From contig CAISYZ010000121.1 of the NCBI GenBank assembly GCA_903889895.1, forward strand, positions 1,143-65,142: DNA of 64,000 bases, read 5' to 3'. The DNA is from an uncultured Verrucomicrobia subdivision 3 bacterium (GTDB taxonomy: Bacteria; Verrucomicrobiota; Verrucomicrobiia; Limisphaerales; UBA11358). The translations under genes were made by a program, and so were the position numbers. Below, piece after piece: positions 8,693-20,011 of this stretch; the stretch's first letter is position 1, and every line of letters starts with the position of its first letter. The notes beneath the pieces are model-generated. The model did no database searches. It was not told the origin of the DNA and worked only from the letters and a program-made list of their open reading frames with translations.

Positions 8693-9313
8693 ATGATCAT
8701 TAAACCGGCCATTTCATGGCTTAACACAGACTCGGATTCCGAGCTGATCAACGACATCACCGTGGTCATCCTCGGTGTGGGCGGCAACCCGGCCATCTAC
8801 AGCAAACCCACGCCAGACATCCCCTCCATCCAGCTCGCGCTGAATAATTTCAGCACGGGCGTGGCGGCAACCGCGGATGGCGGACCCTCGGTCACGTCCA
8901 AGAAAAACAACCTGCGACTCATTGTCACCGGCATGGTGCGCCAGCTTGCGGGCTATGTGCAGACGGCTTGCGGCGGTGACATGACGAACCTGCTGTTGAG
9001 CGGGTTCCCGGTGCAAAAGCCCACGCGCGCGCCCATCGGCGTGTTGGCTGCGCCTAGCAATCCGGTGCTGGCGCTCGGCACCCGCAGCGGCGAACTGGAT
9101 GCGAGCGTCAACCCGGTGTTTGGGGCCTCTACCTACAACTGGAAGCTCACCAGCAGCGTCGCCGGTGCACCGGTGCTGACGGAGCAGACCACGGCCTCGT
9201 ATGTCACCTTTGCCAGTCTCACGCCAGGTGCGACCTTTACGATGACGTGCTACGTGGTGGGTGCCGCCGGCCCGAGCGATTGGAGCAAGGCTGTCAGCCA
9301 GATGGCGGTGTAA
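8693..9313 (+). CDS. Uncharacterised protein: N-terminal helical domain plus C-terminal fibronectin type III-like domain, no signal peptide
   Basis: 206 aa with a purine-rich RBS region. The C-terminal GELDASVNPVFGASTY...LTPGATF...VGAAGPSDWS is FN3-like. Homologous by eye to 50298..51020. Confidence 0.85.
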   Translation: MIIKPAISWLNTDSDSELINDITVVILGVGGNPAIYSKPTPDIPSIQLALNNFSTGVAATADGGPSVTSKKNNLRLIVTGMVRQLAGYVQTACGGDMTNLLLSGFPVQKPTRAPIGVLAAPSNPVLALGTRSGELDASVNPVFGASTYNWKLTSSVAGAPVLTEQTTASYVTFASLTPGATFTMTCYVVGAAGPSDWSKAVSQMAV

Positions 9314-9347
9314 CTACCAGCGTAGGCCGAACAGATAAAACCAAAAC

Positions 9348-9385
9348 GGGCGCGTCGGGATTGGATCCGACGCGCCTTTGATTTG
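9348..9385 (+). terminator. Probable intrinsic terminator
   Basis: GC stem ggcgcgtcgg...ccgacgcgcc followed by tttgattt, just after the 9313 stop. Confidence 0.6.
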
Positions 9386-9444
9386 CCACCCGGCCGTTTT
9401 TTGAACAAAAAGCGGATTGCCTTTGTCTGCTGAATCCAGAATTA

Positions 9445-10317
9445 TTGCTCCTCACGAATTTAACTATGAACCGCATGAAAACTATTGTCCTCGGATCCGC
9501 TGTCGTTTTCGGCTTCGTTGCCGCCACGTCCGCCGCCGATACCAACCTGCTCATCGACACCAAATCCCGCGTCAGCTATGCCATCGGCATGATGCTCGGC
9601 CATAACTGGGAACAGCAGGGCCTGGAAGTGAATCCCGATATCGCCGCCCGCGCCATCAAGGACGTGCAGGCCGGGGCGCCGACGTTGCTCACGCAGGAAG
9701 AAATGCAGCAGACGCTCACCAGCTTTCAGCAGGAATTCCGCGCCATCCAACAGAAGCGGAAAGCCGAGCTGGCCATCAAGAACAAGGCCGACGGCGCCGC
9801 GTTTCTGGAAGCCAACAAGGCCAAGCCCGGCGTGGTCGCCCTGCCTGATGGCCTGCAATACACCGTCCTCACCGCCGGCACCGGCACGACGATGCCCGGC
9901 GCGAGCGACACCGTGACGGTGAATTATCGCGGCACGCTGCTGGACGGCACCGAGTTCGACAGCTCCTACAAACGCAACCAGCCCGCTACGTTCCCAGTGG
10001 GCGGCGTGATCCACGGCTGGACCGAGGCGTTGCAGAAAATGACCGTCGGCTCCAAATGGAAACTGTTCATCCCGGCGGACCTCGCCTACGGCGAATCGGG
10101 CCGGCCCGGCATCCCGCCGAATTCCGTTTTGATTTTTGAAGTCGAGCTGCTCGATACCAAGGCGCCCGCGCCTGTCGTGGCCCCGACGCCGCCCCAGCCG
10201 CTCACCAGCGATATCATCAAGGTGCCGAGCGCCGAAGAAATGAAGAAGGGCGCCAAGATTGAAGTCATCAAGCCCGAGGACGCGGCCAAGGCGGCGGCGG
10301 CGGATGCGGCGAAATGA
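9445..10317 (+). CDS. FKBP-type peptidyl-prolyl cis-trans isomerase (FkpA/FklB-like), exported
   Basis: Signal peptide, FKBP_N (SYAIG) and FKBP domain (VNYRGTLLDGTEFDSS, VIHGWTEAL, LAYG, IPPNSVLIFEVELL). True start probably 9466 or 9475. Confidence 0.95.
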   Translation: MLLTNLTMNRMKTIVLGSAVVFGFVAATSAADTNLLIDTKSRVSYAIGMMLGHNWEQQGLEVNPDIAARAIKDVQAGAPTLLTQEEMQQTLTSFQQEFRAIQQKRKAELAIKNKADGAAFLEANKAKPGVVALPDGLQYTVLTAGTGTTMPGASDTVTVNYRGTLLDGTEFDSSYKRNQPATFPVGGVIHGWTEALQKMTVGSKWKLFIPADLAYGESGRPGIPPNSVLIFEVELLDTKAPAPVVAPTPPQPLTSDIIKVPSAEEMKKGAKIEVIKPEDAAKAAAADAAK

Positions 10318-10351
10318 TTTAGCGCCCCGGCCAGCAAATTTAAAACCAACC

Positions 10352-10381
10352 GCCCCTTCCCTTTTTTGGGAAGGGGTTTTT
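10352..10381 (+). terminator. Intrinsic terminator
   Basis: ccccttccc-tttttt-gggaagggg followed by a T tract. Confidence 0.75.
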
Positions 10382-10482
10382 GCTTGGTTGAACATTTTTT
10401 ACGGGTTAAGGTCAAAAACCACAATCATCAAAACTGAATGTTGATGGATTACCACAATTGATTAACTGTTGATTAACTGAAA

Positions 10483-11992
<1,510 letters not shown>

Positions 11993-11994
<2 letters not shown>

Positions 11995-12090
11995 TTTGCG
12001 ATTTACGATTGCCGATTTACGATTTGAAAAACGTCCGGACTGTCCGCTTTCCGACATCCATCGTAAATCGCAATTCGTATATCGTAAATT
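11993..12090. repeat. Inverted pair of 7-bp tandem repeat tracts
   Basis: (gatttac/gattgcc/gatttgc)n at 11993-12026 and the complementary (atcgtaa/atcgcaa)n at 12060-12090. Confidence 0.75.
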
Positions 12091-12145
12091 ATCCGGTGCC
12101 TTCCGGCTTTGACAAATCGCCGCTGACGGGCAAATTCATCGCCTG

Positions 12146-13081
12146 ATGTCCGTTCAATACAAAGATTATTACCAGAGCCTCGGCGTGGCGCGCACCGCCA
12201 GCGCCGACGAAATCAAAAAGGCGTTCCGCAAGCTCGCCCGCGAATTTCATCCCGATGTGGCCAAGGACAAGAAGAAGGCCGAGGAAAAATTCAAGGAGAT
12301 CAACGAGGCCTATGAAGTCCTTAGCGACGCCGACAAGCGGAAGAAATATGACGAGCTGGGCGCGAACTGGAAGTCCGGCGCAGAATTCCGACCACCGCCC
12401 GGGGCCGGCGGTTTCGGCGGCGGGTCCGGTTATCGCGGCCGGCCGATGAGCCGCGAAGATTTTCAGACGCACTTTGGCGGCACTGGCTTCAGCGATTTTT
12501 TTGAGCAGATGTTCGGCGGCCAGCGGCGCGGCAACGGCTTTGGCGGGCAGCCGGGTTTTGCCGAAGAACCGGAAGCCGAGGAAAGCCGCGATATCGAAGG
12601 CGACATTCTCGTCACGCTGGAAGAAGCCAAGCGCGGCTCCGTCCGCACCGTCACCGTGCGGCGCGAGAACCGCACCGACTCACATCAGGTCAAGATTCCC
12701 GCCGGCATCACCGAGGGCCAGAAGCTGCGCATCGCCGGGCGCGGCGAACACGGCGGCGATTTGTATCTACGCGTTCGGCTCGCGAAGCATCCCGAATTTG
12801 AAGTGGACGGACACAATCTCATTCACGAACTCGAACTCGCGCCGTGGGAAGCGGCGCTCGGCGCGGAGATTGCCGTGCCGACGCTTGCGGCCAAGGTGAA
12901 CATCAAGATTCCCGCCGGCACCGCGAGCGGGCAGAAATTCCGCGTGCGCGGCCACGGCCTCGGCAAGACCGGCGACCTGCACATCACCGTCAAAATCGTC
13001 GTGCCGGACAAGCTCACCGACGCACAGAAGAAACTTTGGGAACAGCTCGCCAAGGAATCGAAGTTCAATCCACGCGATTGA
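12146..13081 (+). CDS. cbpA: DnaJ-class co-chaperone lacking the zinc finger (CbpA-like)
   Basis: J domain with HPD, G/F-rich linker ([10 protein letters not shown]) and DnaJ C-terminal domain; no CxxCxGxG repeats. Confidence 0.9.
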   Translation: MSVQYKDYYQSLGVARTASADEIKKAFRKLAREFHPDVAKDKKKAEEKFKEINEAYEVLSDADKRKKYDELGANWKSGAEFRPPPGAGGFGGGSGYRGRPMSREDFQTHFGGTGFSDFFEQMFGGQRRGNGFGGQPGFAEEPEAEESRDIEGDILVTLEEAKRGSVRTVTVRRENRTDSHQVKIPAGITEGQKLRIAGRGEHGGDLYLRVRLAKHPEFEVDGHNLIHELELAPWEAALGAEIAVPTLAAKVNIKIPAGTASGQKFRVRGHGLGKTGDLHITVKIVVPDKLTDAQKKLWEQLAKESKFNPRD

Positions 13082-13135
13082 AACACAGCGGACTTTCGGT
13101 AGATTGCCACAATTTTAGGGACTAAAAATTACAAA

Positions 13136-14899
13136 ATGAATAAACGCATTGGCTGGACGAAGAAAAATCTCCTGCTGGAATTGTTATTGGCAGTGGTGCT
13201 CTGCGCCGCATATTTCCACTTCGTAAAAGATTATGCTTTTGGAACCTATGCTTTGGGAACCCCCAATACGACAAATGCAAAGATTTTCATTTCTGGTTCT
13301 GCATCGTGCTTTCAAGTGGATTTAATTAATGACGTTTGGAAAGGCCGACTATCCGGGCTGCTGCTTTCGGGATATTTTTTCGATCTCTCGGTGAATCACA
13401 CTGCGGGCAGCTTTGACCAATTTAGTTTTGTCTTCGGATTTTATCAGGCCTTCTGGCTGTTCCTGCTGTTTCTGGTTGTGATTCTTGGGCTACGGCATTC
13501 TTTGTTCATCAACTTCGGCATCTTCCTCGGTGTGATGTATAATTTTTTCCCAATCTGCGGGCTTTATTTTTACCCATGGGACATTCCATCCACGCTATTT
13601 TTCACATTGGCGGTCTTATTCTTTGAACGACGGCAGATGGCTTTGATGGTGGCAACGATATGCGCCGGATGCTTTTTCAAGGAGACCGTGCTGGTGTGTG
13701 CGTTGCTAGTATTTTTCGCCGGCCAGTGGAAATGGTGGAGGCAGCTTTTAACTTTTGCCGGCATCATTGCCTTGTATTTGGTCGGGAAAAAATTTCTATT
13801 ACATGAGCTTCATCTTTCAGCGGCAGCCCTGTCCATGAATGATTCAAAAAACTTGTCCGAAATTTTTCACACCAGAGTTCTCTTCGAAAACATACAAACT
13901 ATTTTCTCGATAAATGGTCTTTATGTCCTGTTTGCCAACGCTGGGACTCTGGCGGCGGTTTTACTATTTGGATGGCAGCGACGATTTTGGCCTTACATGA
14001 TTTTGGTTTTGGCATTTTTGGCCGGACAAGCCATGTATGGTGCGTTTCTGGAATTTCGTATCTTCATGCAACTTCTGCCATTGAGCATGATGATTCTGTG
14101 CGAGCGTTATTTGGGGCAAGGCCAAGCTAATGAAAAAGCCGATAGCCTTGAAAAACTTTCCACACCTGAACCTGCATCCGTTTGGTCCTGGCGCAACACC
14201 TCTTCACTCCTAAAACCTGTTGCGGTTCTGTTAATAGTAATATCAACCTCACTGATAGCTTGGCGCTTTCTGGTTATTCATAAAAAAACAACCCAAGAGG
14301 CTGAAAAAATTCAAGCAAGCGAGGCGGACATAAATAATCTTGAGACAACAGCAGCATGGTTCAAAAATGCGGCGTCCGATGTTGAATTTAAGCTGTATGG
14401 CGCATCGGAGAAACAGACTCTAGAATTAGCAGATGGTTGGTTTGGAAATAGATTTTGCGACGTAGAAACCAAGCTTGGCGAAAACTTACAAGGTTTAGGT
14501 CGTAATTCTGAAGCTATTGAGCACTATCAGCTTGCTATGAGAGTGTTGGCATATTCCAAAACAAGCTCTGCCGGCTTGAACAATGATCTTGCTTGGATAT
14601 ATGCAGCAGCTTCCGAAGCTCATCTCCGTAACGGCAATGAAGCTGTGCGATTTGCTGAACAGGCATGTCAGTTAACTGAATATAAAGTGCCAATCATGAT
14701 TGGCACTCTTGCGGCTGCTTATGCCGAAGCTGGACAATTTCGCAACGCTGTTGTCACTTGCCAAAAAGCCCGTGACTTGGCTTTAGAACTAGGACAAAAG
14801 GATGTTGCAGAAATGAATAAACAACTTTTGAAATTGTATCAGTCCGGCAAGGCTTACCATGAAGATGAAAAGCCTGCTTCGACAATTACACCGAAATAA
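13136..14899 (+). CDS. Multi-pass membrane protein with C-terminal TPR region
   Basis: About 10 TM helices, then TPR-like NNDLAWIYA...GTLAAAYAEAGQF. Markedly more AT-rich than its neighbours. Confidence 0.75.
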   Translation: MNKRIGWTKKNLLLELLLAVVLCAAYFHFVKDYAFGTYALGTPNTTNAKIFISGSASCFQVDLINDVWKGRLSGLLLSGYFFDLSVNHTAGSFDQFSFVFGFYQAFWLFLLFLVVILGLRHSLFINFGIFLGVMYNFFPICGLYFYPWDIPSTLFFTLAVLFFERRQMALMVATICAGCFFKETVLVCALLVFFAGQWKWWRQLLTFAGIIALYLVGKKFLLHELHLSAAALSMNDSKNLSEIFHTRVLFENIQTIFSINGLYVLFANAGTLAAVLLFGWQRRFWPYMILVLAFLAGQAMYGAFLEFRIFMQLLPLSMMILCERYLGQGQANEKADSLEKLSTPEPASVWSWRNTSSLLKPVAVLLIVISTSLIAWRFLVIHKKTTQEAEKIQASEADINNLETTAAWFKNAASDVEFKLYGASEKQTLELADGWFGNRFCDVETKLGENLQGLGRNSEAIEHYQLAMRVLAYSKTSSAGLNNDLAWIYAAASEAHLRNGNEAVRFAEQACQLTEYKVPIMIGTLAAAYAEAGQFRNAVVTCQKARDLALELGQKDVAEMNKQLLKLYQSGKAYHEDEKPASTITPK

Positions 14900-14912
14900 T
14901 TAATATTTTAGC

Positions 14913-15173
14913 ATGGCGAACGCCAAAAAACCTAAACGCAAGGCCGCCCTACTCGGGGTCGGGCTGGATTCCGACGGGCACAAGCGCATCACTAAGGGTG
15001 AGAATTTCCTTCTCGTCGGCGGCACGCAGGAGACCCATGAGGTCATGACCGAGAAGACAATCAAGATCAACGAAAAGCTCAAGGCGCGCGGCAAGCAGTT
15101 GGAGACGGTCAGCAAAGAAGAGTTTGATGACATTGCCCACGAGGTTGGCCTGAAGAAGTTTCCCGCCAAATAA
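14913..15173 (+). CDS. Conserved hypothetical protein
   Basis: 86 aa with typical codon usage (LLGVGLDSDGHKRITKGENFLLVGGTQETHEVMTEK). Confidence 0.75.
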   Translation: MANAKKPKRKAALLGVGLDSDGHKRITKGENFLLVGGTQETHEVMTEKTIKINEKLKARGKQLETVSKEEFDDIAHEVGLKKFPAK

Positions 15174-15300
15174 TCTACCACGCGGACGGTCGCGGTCTTT
15201 TCTTCCTGTCGGCGCAAATCCACGGTATGCCTGCAATGTCTTCGCAAGCTCGTTTTGAAACTATTCGGATGTAACTGTTCTTCTTGTCACTCATCGACGA

Positions 15301-16644
15301 TTAAAAAGTTTGCATCGCCTTCTCAATCCTCGCCATGACGCGTTCTTTGCCGAGGACTTGGAGCAGGTGGTAAAGGCTCGGGCCGGAAGTCTTGCCGGTC
15401 ACAGCCAAGCGGCACGGATGCACCAGAAAGCCGGCTTTCACGCCCAGCGCTTTCGCCGTTTCCTTGAGTGCGGCTTCCAGCGTCTCGGCATTGAACGCCG
15501 GGGCATGCGCAAACGCGTCGCGGAGTTTTTCCAAGCGCGGTTTGTTCTCCGGCACAAAATCCTTCTTCGCCGCTTCGGCATCGTAGGTCACGGTGTCGGT
15601 GAAATAAAACCCGGCATACGCGGGCAGTTCCGCAAAGGTCTTGAGCTTGCCCTTGCAGGTGTTGAGCGCGGCCTTGACGAAATGGACATCAAACTTGTTG
15701 GTGTCCACGCCGGCCTTGGCGAGCGCATGGACGGACATCTCGTAAAAGCGGTCGTCCGGCAGTTCGCGGCAGTATTCGCCCTGCAACCAGAGGAGTTTCT
15801 CCATGTCGAACTTGGCGTTGTGCCGGAGAATCTGCGGCAGGTCAAAGCGCTTGGCGACGTCCTTGAGGGAAAGCTTCTCGGTGTTGTCCTTCGGCGACCA
15901 GCCGAGGAGGCAGAGATAATTGTTCACGGCTTCGGCCAGAAAACCTTCATCGAGATAGGTGGTGAGGCTGGCGCCCCGGTCGCGCTTGCTCATCTTGCTG
16001 CCGTCGCCGTTAAGGATGAGCGGAATGTGCGCGTATTTGGGCGGCTCCACGCCGAACGCGCGGAAGAGCGCGATGTGTTTGGCGGTGTTGCTCAAATGGT
16101 CCTCGCCGCGGATGACGTGGGTGATGCCCATCTCCAAATCGTCAATGACGTTGACAAGGTGGAACACCGGCTGGCCGTCGCTGCGGACGAGCACCCAGTC
16201 GGGGTCCTGTTCCTCGCGGTCGGTGAGCGGGCGCAACACGTCGCCGACAACGAGGTCGGGAATGAGAATCGGTTCGCGCGTCATGCGGAAGCGGATGGCC
16301 CCATCCTTTTCATAGGCGAGGTCGCGGGAGAGCAAGGCCTCAACGCGCTTGAGATAATTTTCCTTCCGTTGCGATTGGAAATACGGGCCGCGATCGCCCT
16401 TGCTCGGACCGGTGGCATCGCCGGTGATGGGCCCTTCATCCCAATCGAGGCCAAGCCAGCGCAGGCCGTTGAGGATGACATCCACGGCTTCCTGGGAATT
16501 GCGCGCGGCGTCGGTGTCCTCAATGCGCAGAACAAAGGTGCCGCCGGTGTGGCGGGCATAAAGCCAGTTGAACAAAGCGGTGCGCGCACCGCCGATGTGA
16601 AGATAACCGGTGGGCGAAGGAGCAAAGCGAACGCGAGGTTTCAT
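15301..16644 (-). CDS. gltX: Glutamate--tRNA ligase
   Basis: RFAPSPTGYLHIGGAR, LRIEDTD, IRGEDHL and KMSKR motifs, plus an anticodon-binding C-terminus. Confidence 0.97.
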   Translation of the reverse strand: MKPRVRFAPSPTGYLHIGGARTALFNWLYARHTGGTFVLRIEDTDAARNSQEAVDVILNGLRWLGLDWDEGPITGDATGPSKGDRGPYFQSQRKENYLKRVEALLSRDLAYEKDGAIRFRMTREPILIPDLVVGDVLRPLTDREEQDPDWVLVRSDGQPVFHLVNVIDDLEMGITHVIRGEDHLSNTAKHIALFRAFGVEPPKYAHIPLILNGDGSKMSKRDRGASLTTYLDEGFLAEAVNNYLCLLGWSPKDNTEKLSLKDVAKRFDLPQILRHNAKFDMEKLLWLQGEYCRELPDDRFYEMSVHALAKAGVDTNKFDVHFVKAALNTCKGKLKTFAELPAYAGFYFTDTVTYDAEAAKKDFVPENKPRLEKLRDAFAHAPAFNAETLEAALKETAKALGVKAGFLVHPCRLAVTGKTSGPSLYHLLQVLGKERVMARIEKAMQTF

Positions 16645-16840
16645 AGTTTCCGCGAAGATAACAAAGTGCGCCGAGGGTGAAAAGAAACTTGCGCGCCCGG
16701 ATTTAGGAAAAGCCGATCACCCACAAAAAATTTGCGCGAAGACCTAGCAGAAACGGGAATCCCGTGGCGGCAGCCGACCAAAACATAAACCCGCCGGGAT
16801 TTCCGCCAGACGGGTTGGTTTATGGTGAAAGATGGCGCGG

Positions 16841-17938
16841 TCAGTGTTCCGACTGGCCGGGAATTTCCGGGATGCCCGGGTCGTCGAGAATTTGCACGGC
16901 GGTAGCATCGCCGAGCGTCTGCCAGTCCTGCAGCACCCAGACCACCTTTTTGTCCGGCGTGACCTCGACAAGCTGGGGGCTTTTGCCCGCGCCGCCGCGC
17001 GAGCAGAAAATGGTGTTGCCATTGGCAAGCCGCGTGCAGGTTTGCGGTGCCTGATTGAAGCGATACGCTTCGGGCAGATCGGTGTTGTTGAATTCCCAGA
17101 CCGTCTTGCCGGCCGCATCCACTTCGCGCGTGAGGCTGTCGCGTTCATCCGTGATGAGGGTGTGGCCGTTCTTAAGCCGGAGCGCAGCCCACGGTGAGCG
17201 GATGGCGTAGCTCCACACCGGCTGGAAATCTTTGTCAAACTCCACCACTTTGCCCTGACTCATGTAGGAAACCAGATAAGTGCTCTGCGCGGTGAAGCGG
17301 GTGCGGCGGAACTGGCCGTGAATGGTCTTGGGGCTTTCCGAAGGCGGATAGGGAAGCACGTGATTCACCTCCACCGCGCCGCTCCGAGTGTTGACCACCA
17401 TCAATCGGGGCGGCAGGCCGTTGAGGACGAACATGACCTTGTCCCGACCGATGGGCTGGCAGGTGTGGACTTCCGTGTGGTTGGTGCCGGGGCTGTTGTC
17501 GCAATCGTAACGCCACACCACCTGCTTGTCCGGCGTGATCTCAGCGACATATTGCATCCGCGTGAAGAGGATGTTGCCGTTGGAAAGCATCCAGGCATCG
17601 TCGTATTCGTAGCCTTTGCCGGTCTGATAAGTCCAGACAACCTTGCCGTCGTTGACGAGAAACATCTTGGTGAAATTTTCGCCGACGTAGAGCAGCGGAT
17701 GTTCTGCGAGGCCGCGCCCCGGCAACCCGGCGGGCGCGGGAGCGTTTGTCCATCGGCCCACAGGGGATTCGGTTTCGGCCGGTCCCAAAGTCGGCACCTT
17801 GGCGGCGGTGAAGCGGCCCAGCTGGTCCATGCACGGCGTGGCCGAAGAAACCTTGGCGGCGGGCGGCGTCTGGCAGCCAGTCAATGCCAGGCCAAGGATG
17901 GAAAACCAAGCGAGCGCAAAACACTTTTGGGTATGCAT
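16841..17938 (-). CDS. Lipoprotein with beta-propeller-like repeats
   Basis: Lipobox LALTGC; repeated L(S/K/A)NG(N/H) and E(I/V)TPDKxVVW blades. Confidence 0.75.
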   Translation of the reverse strand: MHTQKCFALAWFSILGLALTGCQTPPAAKVSSATPCMDQLGRFTAAKVPTLGPAETESPVGRWTNAPAPAGLPGRGLAEHPLLYVGENFTKMFLVNDGKVVWTYQTGKGYEYDDAWMLSNGNILFTRMQYVAEITPDKQVVWRYDCDNSPGTNHTEVHTCQPIGRDKVMFVLNGLPPRLMVVNTRSGAVEVNHVLPYPPSESPKTIHGQFRRTRFTAQSTYLVSYMSQGKVVEFDKDFQPVWSYAIRSPWAALRLKNGHTLITDERDSLTREVDAAGKTVWEFNNTDLPEAYRFNQAPQTCTRLANGNTIFCSRGGAGKSPQLVEVTPDKKVVWVLQDWQTLGDATAVQILDDPGIPEIPGQSEH

Positions 17939-18081
17939 GGGAATTGTGGAAACAGATTCAGGCGGATTTCTCCACCGGAGTCGAGGAATTTCCCGCTAGC
18001 AGAAACCGGCGCCAAAAAATTATGACTTGCTCAGCCCCTAGTGAGCGGGCGGAGCATAAATGCCGGCGGAAAACACCCGTG

Positions 18082-18735
18082 CTATTGCGGGGCGATGGCG
18101 TGGACGGAACCGTCGGCATGCACTTCCACCCCCAGACCGGCGTAGATGCTTTCGTGGGTGATCTGCTTCGCCGGGAATTGTTTTAGGTTCTTCTCCTGCG
18201 CTTTCACTTCCACCAAGTTGTTGAACTTTCGTTCCACAATGGTCCGCTCGGCGACATCCAGTAGGAAACGGTTTTCCAGAAGCGAATAATCGCGGTAAGC
18301 CTGAACCAGCAGTTGGTTCGTCTGCGCAAGGCCGGCCTCGGTCGAAGCCATCCGTCCTTGAAGCGTCGTGAGCTGGTTGGTCAGGTCGATGAGATTCTGA
18401 GTGAGCGCCTGATTGGCGGTGCCCGCCGCCGTGACCTGCTGGTTCAGGGCGGTGATTTGATCCGCCTTGGCGGCGAGGCTGGACTGGGCGTCGGAGAGCT
18501 GGTTGGAAAGCGTCACAGACGCCGCGCTGCATTCGGCGAGCGAGTTGGACAGGCTGTAAATGGCGCTGTCGCGCGCGGCGACCTGCGCCTGCGCGGCCTC
18601 GAGACGGTTCGAGCAATCCGTAAGCGAGGTGGCATCGGCCGCGAACTGCTCGGCGTCATTCTTTTTGGTCATGAACAGCACGCCGGCCAAGGCGACGCTG
18701 ACGACCGCAAAAACGATGATTAAATAAAGCTTCAT
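18082..18735 (-). CDS. Membrane-anchored coiled-coil hypothetical protein
   Basis: N-terminal hydrophobic helix followed by a long heptad-rich Q/L/A/T stretch. Confidence 0.7.
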   Translation of the reverse strand: MKLYLIIVFAVVSVALAGVLFMTKKNDAEQFAADATSLTDCSNRLEAAQAQVAARDSAIYSLSNSLAECSAASVTLSNQLSDAQSSLAAKADQITALNQQVTAAGTANQALTQNLIDLTNQLTTLQGRMASTEAGLAQTNQLLVQAYRDYSLLENRFLLDVAERTIVERKFNNLVEVKAQEKNLKQFPAKQITHESIYAGLGVEVHADGSVHAIAPQ

Positions 18736-18886
18736 GGCAAAATTTTTTTACCGGCATAGGTTGAAAACTTCACTTCCGCTTGGCAAGTGGATTTGATGAC
18801 TTTATCTGGACACGCGAAAAGTCCGCCGCCTTCGGCTGGTCATTCTTTGCCTTTTGAACCGGCCGCCGGTGAGCTATGCTCGCTGC

Positions 18887-19990
18887 GTGCTGCCTGACAT
18901 CAAATCCCTATCGCGCGAGGAAATCGAAACGCAATTCAAGGCGTGGAATGAACCAGCCTTCCGCGTGGCGCAATTGCTCGACTGGCTTTATGCCCGTCGC
19001 GCGACCAATTGGGACGCGATGTCCAACTTGCCCAAAGCCCTGCGTGAAAAGTTGCGCGTGAACTTCACACTGCAAATCCTCAAGCTCGCGAGCAAACAGG
19101 GCGCAAGCGATACCACGCAGAAATTTCTCTGGCAACTGGCCGATGGCGCGTTCATCGAAAGCGTTTTGATTCCCGCCAACCCGGCACTTTACGGAGAAGC
19201 CAGCGACCGCCATACACTCTGCATCTCCACGCAAGTCGGCTGCGCCTATGGCTGCAAATTTTGCGCAAGCGGTCTTGACGGCTGGAAGCGCAATCTTGGC
19301 GTGCATGAAATTGTTGAGCAAATATTCGCCGTGGAGCGTTGGCACGCAGCGCGGCCAAAGGAAGAAAGTCAGGAACCAGCTGCCGACCGCGTGGTGAACA
19401 ATATTGTCGTCATGGGCATGGGCGAGCCGCTGGCGAATTATGATAATTTGATCAAGGCGCTAAAAATCCTGAACGCGCCGTGGGGCGGCGGCATCGGAGC
19501 CCGGCGCATCACCATTTCCACCAGCGGTCTCGCGCCGCAAATCCGCAAGCTCGCCGTCGAGCCGTTGCAATTCCGCCTCGCCATCTCGCTGCACGGCGCG
19601 ACCGACGAGGCCCGCAACCGCATCATGCCGGTGAACAAAAAATATCCGCTCAGCGAACTGACCGCCGCGTGCGACGATTATCAAAAACTGAAAGGCCGGA
19701 TGATCACGCTGGAATATATTTTGATCGCCGGCGTGAACGATTCACTGGAACAGGCGCGCCCGCTGGCGGCGCTGGCCAAGAAACTTTACGCCAAGGTGAA
19801 TTTGATTCCTTACAACAAGGTGGAAGATTTGCCGTGGGTGCGCCCCGCCGAGGAAGTCTGCGAACGTTTCCTCGCCGCGCTGGAAAAGAACGACGTCACC
19901 GCCACGCTGCGCCGCGAAAAGGGCGGCGACATTGATGCCGCGTGCGGCCAGTTGCGACTGAAGACGGAACGCGCCCTTGCCAGCACTTAA
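18887..19990 (+). CDS. rlmN: 23S rRNA/tRNA m2A methyltransferase RlmN (radical SAM)
   Basis: CISTQVGCAYGCKFC, MGMGEPL, ISLH and DIDAACGQL motifs. Probable GTG start at 18887 within ORF 18854..19990. Confidence 0.95.
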   Translation: MLPDIKSLSREEIETQFKAWNEPAFRVAQLLDWLYARRATNWDAMSNLPKALREKLRVNFTLQILKLASKQGASDTTQKFLWQLADGAFIESVLIPANPALYGEASDRHTLCISTQVGCAYGCKFCASGLDGWKRNLGVHEIVEQIFAVERWHAARPKEESQEPAADRVVNNIVVMGMGEPLANYDNLIKALKILNAPWGGGIGARRITISTSGLAPQIRKLAVEPLQFRLAISLHGATDEARNRIMPVNKKYPLSELTAACDDYQKLKGRMITLEYILIAGVNDSLEQARPLAALAKKLYAKVNLIPYNKVEDLPWVRPAEEVCERFLAALEKNDVTATLRREKGGDIDAACGQLRLKTERALAST

Positions 19991-20011
19991 AACTTTGAAA
20001 AATTTACGACC

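Noticed and set aside
15310-16680. 456-aa plus-strand ORF
   Set aside because: Antisense shadow of gltX.
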